Below, one piece after another: positions 19,448 to 19,596 of a stretch of DNA of 19,596 nucleotides. Below the pieces are notes generated by a model. That model was not told the DNA's origin. It worked only from the letters and a program-made list of their open reading frames with translations, and made no database searches. Numbering within the stretch: position 1 is the stretch's first letter; every line of letters begins with the position of its first letter. Origin of the DNA: a virus; the IMG/VR virus record IMGVR_UViG_3300045988_063098; one strand, given 5' to 3'. A program made the position numbers and the translations under genes.

Positions 19448-19596
19448 GATAATAGAAACAGATGAAAGGATTTTATAAGATGATAGATGATTGATTTTGA
19501 AAATAGATAGTGTTGGAAATGAGTTTTCTCTTTCATTTCATTTTCAAATTTCCATTGGGGGAATTTTTGAAAAAGGGGTGGGGGAGTACATGCTTT

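Larger units (their letters stand above)
19221..19596. repeat. Right inverted terminal repeat (ITR)
   Basis: Exact reverse complement of 1-376. Confidence 0.95.

Noticed and set aside
19462-19494. 10-codon micro-ORF (MKGFYKMIDD) in the outward ITR transcript, with a mirror copy in the left ITR
   Set aside because: It has no SD and is very short, in low-complexity purine-rich sequence. It is most likely fortuitous.
1-19596. Terminal inverted repeats as the ends of a transposon or IS, or of an integrated prophage
   Set aside because: There is no transposase, integrase or att-like direct repeat. The gene content between the repeats is a complete phi29/Cp-1-type virion and replication set with a terminal protein and a protein-primed polymerase. 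The repeats are therefore replication-origin ITRs of a linear genome.
1-19596. Search for tRNA, rRNA, CRISPR repeats, and lysogeny or toxin-antitoxin modules
   Set aside because: The few non-coding gaps are short and are explained by promoters, terminators, the small RNA and the ITRs. I saw no cloverleaf-like or repeat-spacer structure, and no recombinase or repressor-like ORF.

Overview
The window appears to be a complete linear genome (19,596 bp) of a Cp-1-like virulent Streptococcus pneumoniae podophage. This is the phi29-like, protein-primed group, shown here in the opposite orientation to the usual Cp-1 map. Both ends carry a perfect 376-bp inverted terminal repeat that starts with 5'-AAA. 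Five small early genes run rightward from the left end (373-1854). Everything else (1881-19224) is on the minus strand. In transcription order from the right end these are: two small early genes; a replication operon (90-aa protein, terminal protein, family-B DNA polymerase, two small proteins); and a morphogenesis operon (scaffold, small acidic protein, phi29 gp8-like capsid, gp10-like connector, several structural proteins, a Prp-like cysteine protease, a fibre pair, and a gp9-like tail knob split into two ORFs that each carry a peptidoglycan-hydrolase domain). The last unit is a gp16-like packaging ATPase, a Cph1-like holin and a Cpl-1-like choline-binding lysozyme. I saw no tRNA, CRISPR array, integrase or lysogeny module. 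The most interesting non-coding signal is a ~150-nt plus-strand RNA gene (about 14608-14757) lying antisense between the replication and morphogenesis operons. It has a near-consensus promoter and an intrinsic terminator. By hand it folds into a phi29-pRNA-like three-way junction with complementary GGUUA/UAACC loops. Other points are outward-facing consensus promoters inside both ITRs, interleaved divergent promoters at the early/late boundary, a probable non-AUG start for the packaging ATPase, and internal terminators within the late operon. All homology statements come from by-eye comparison with sequences recalled from memory and need database confirmation.
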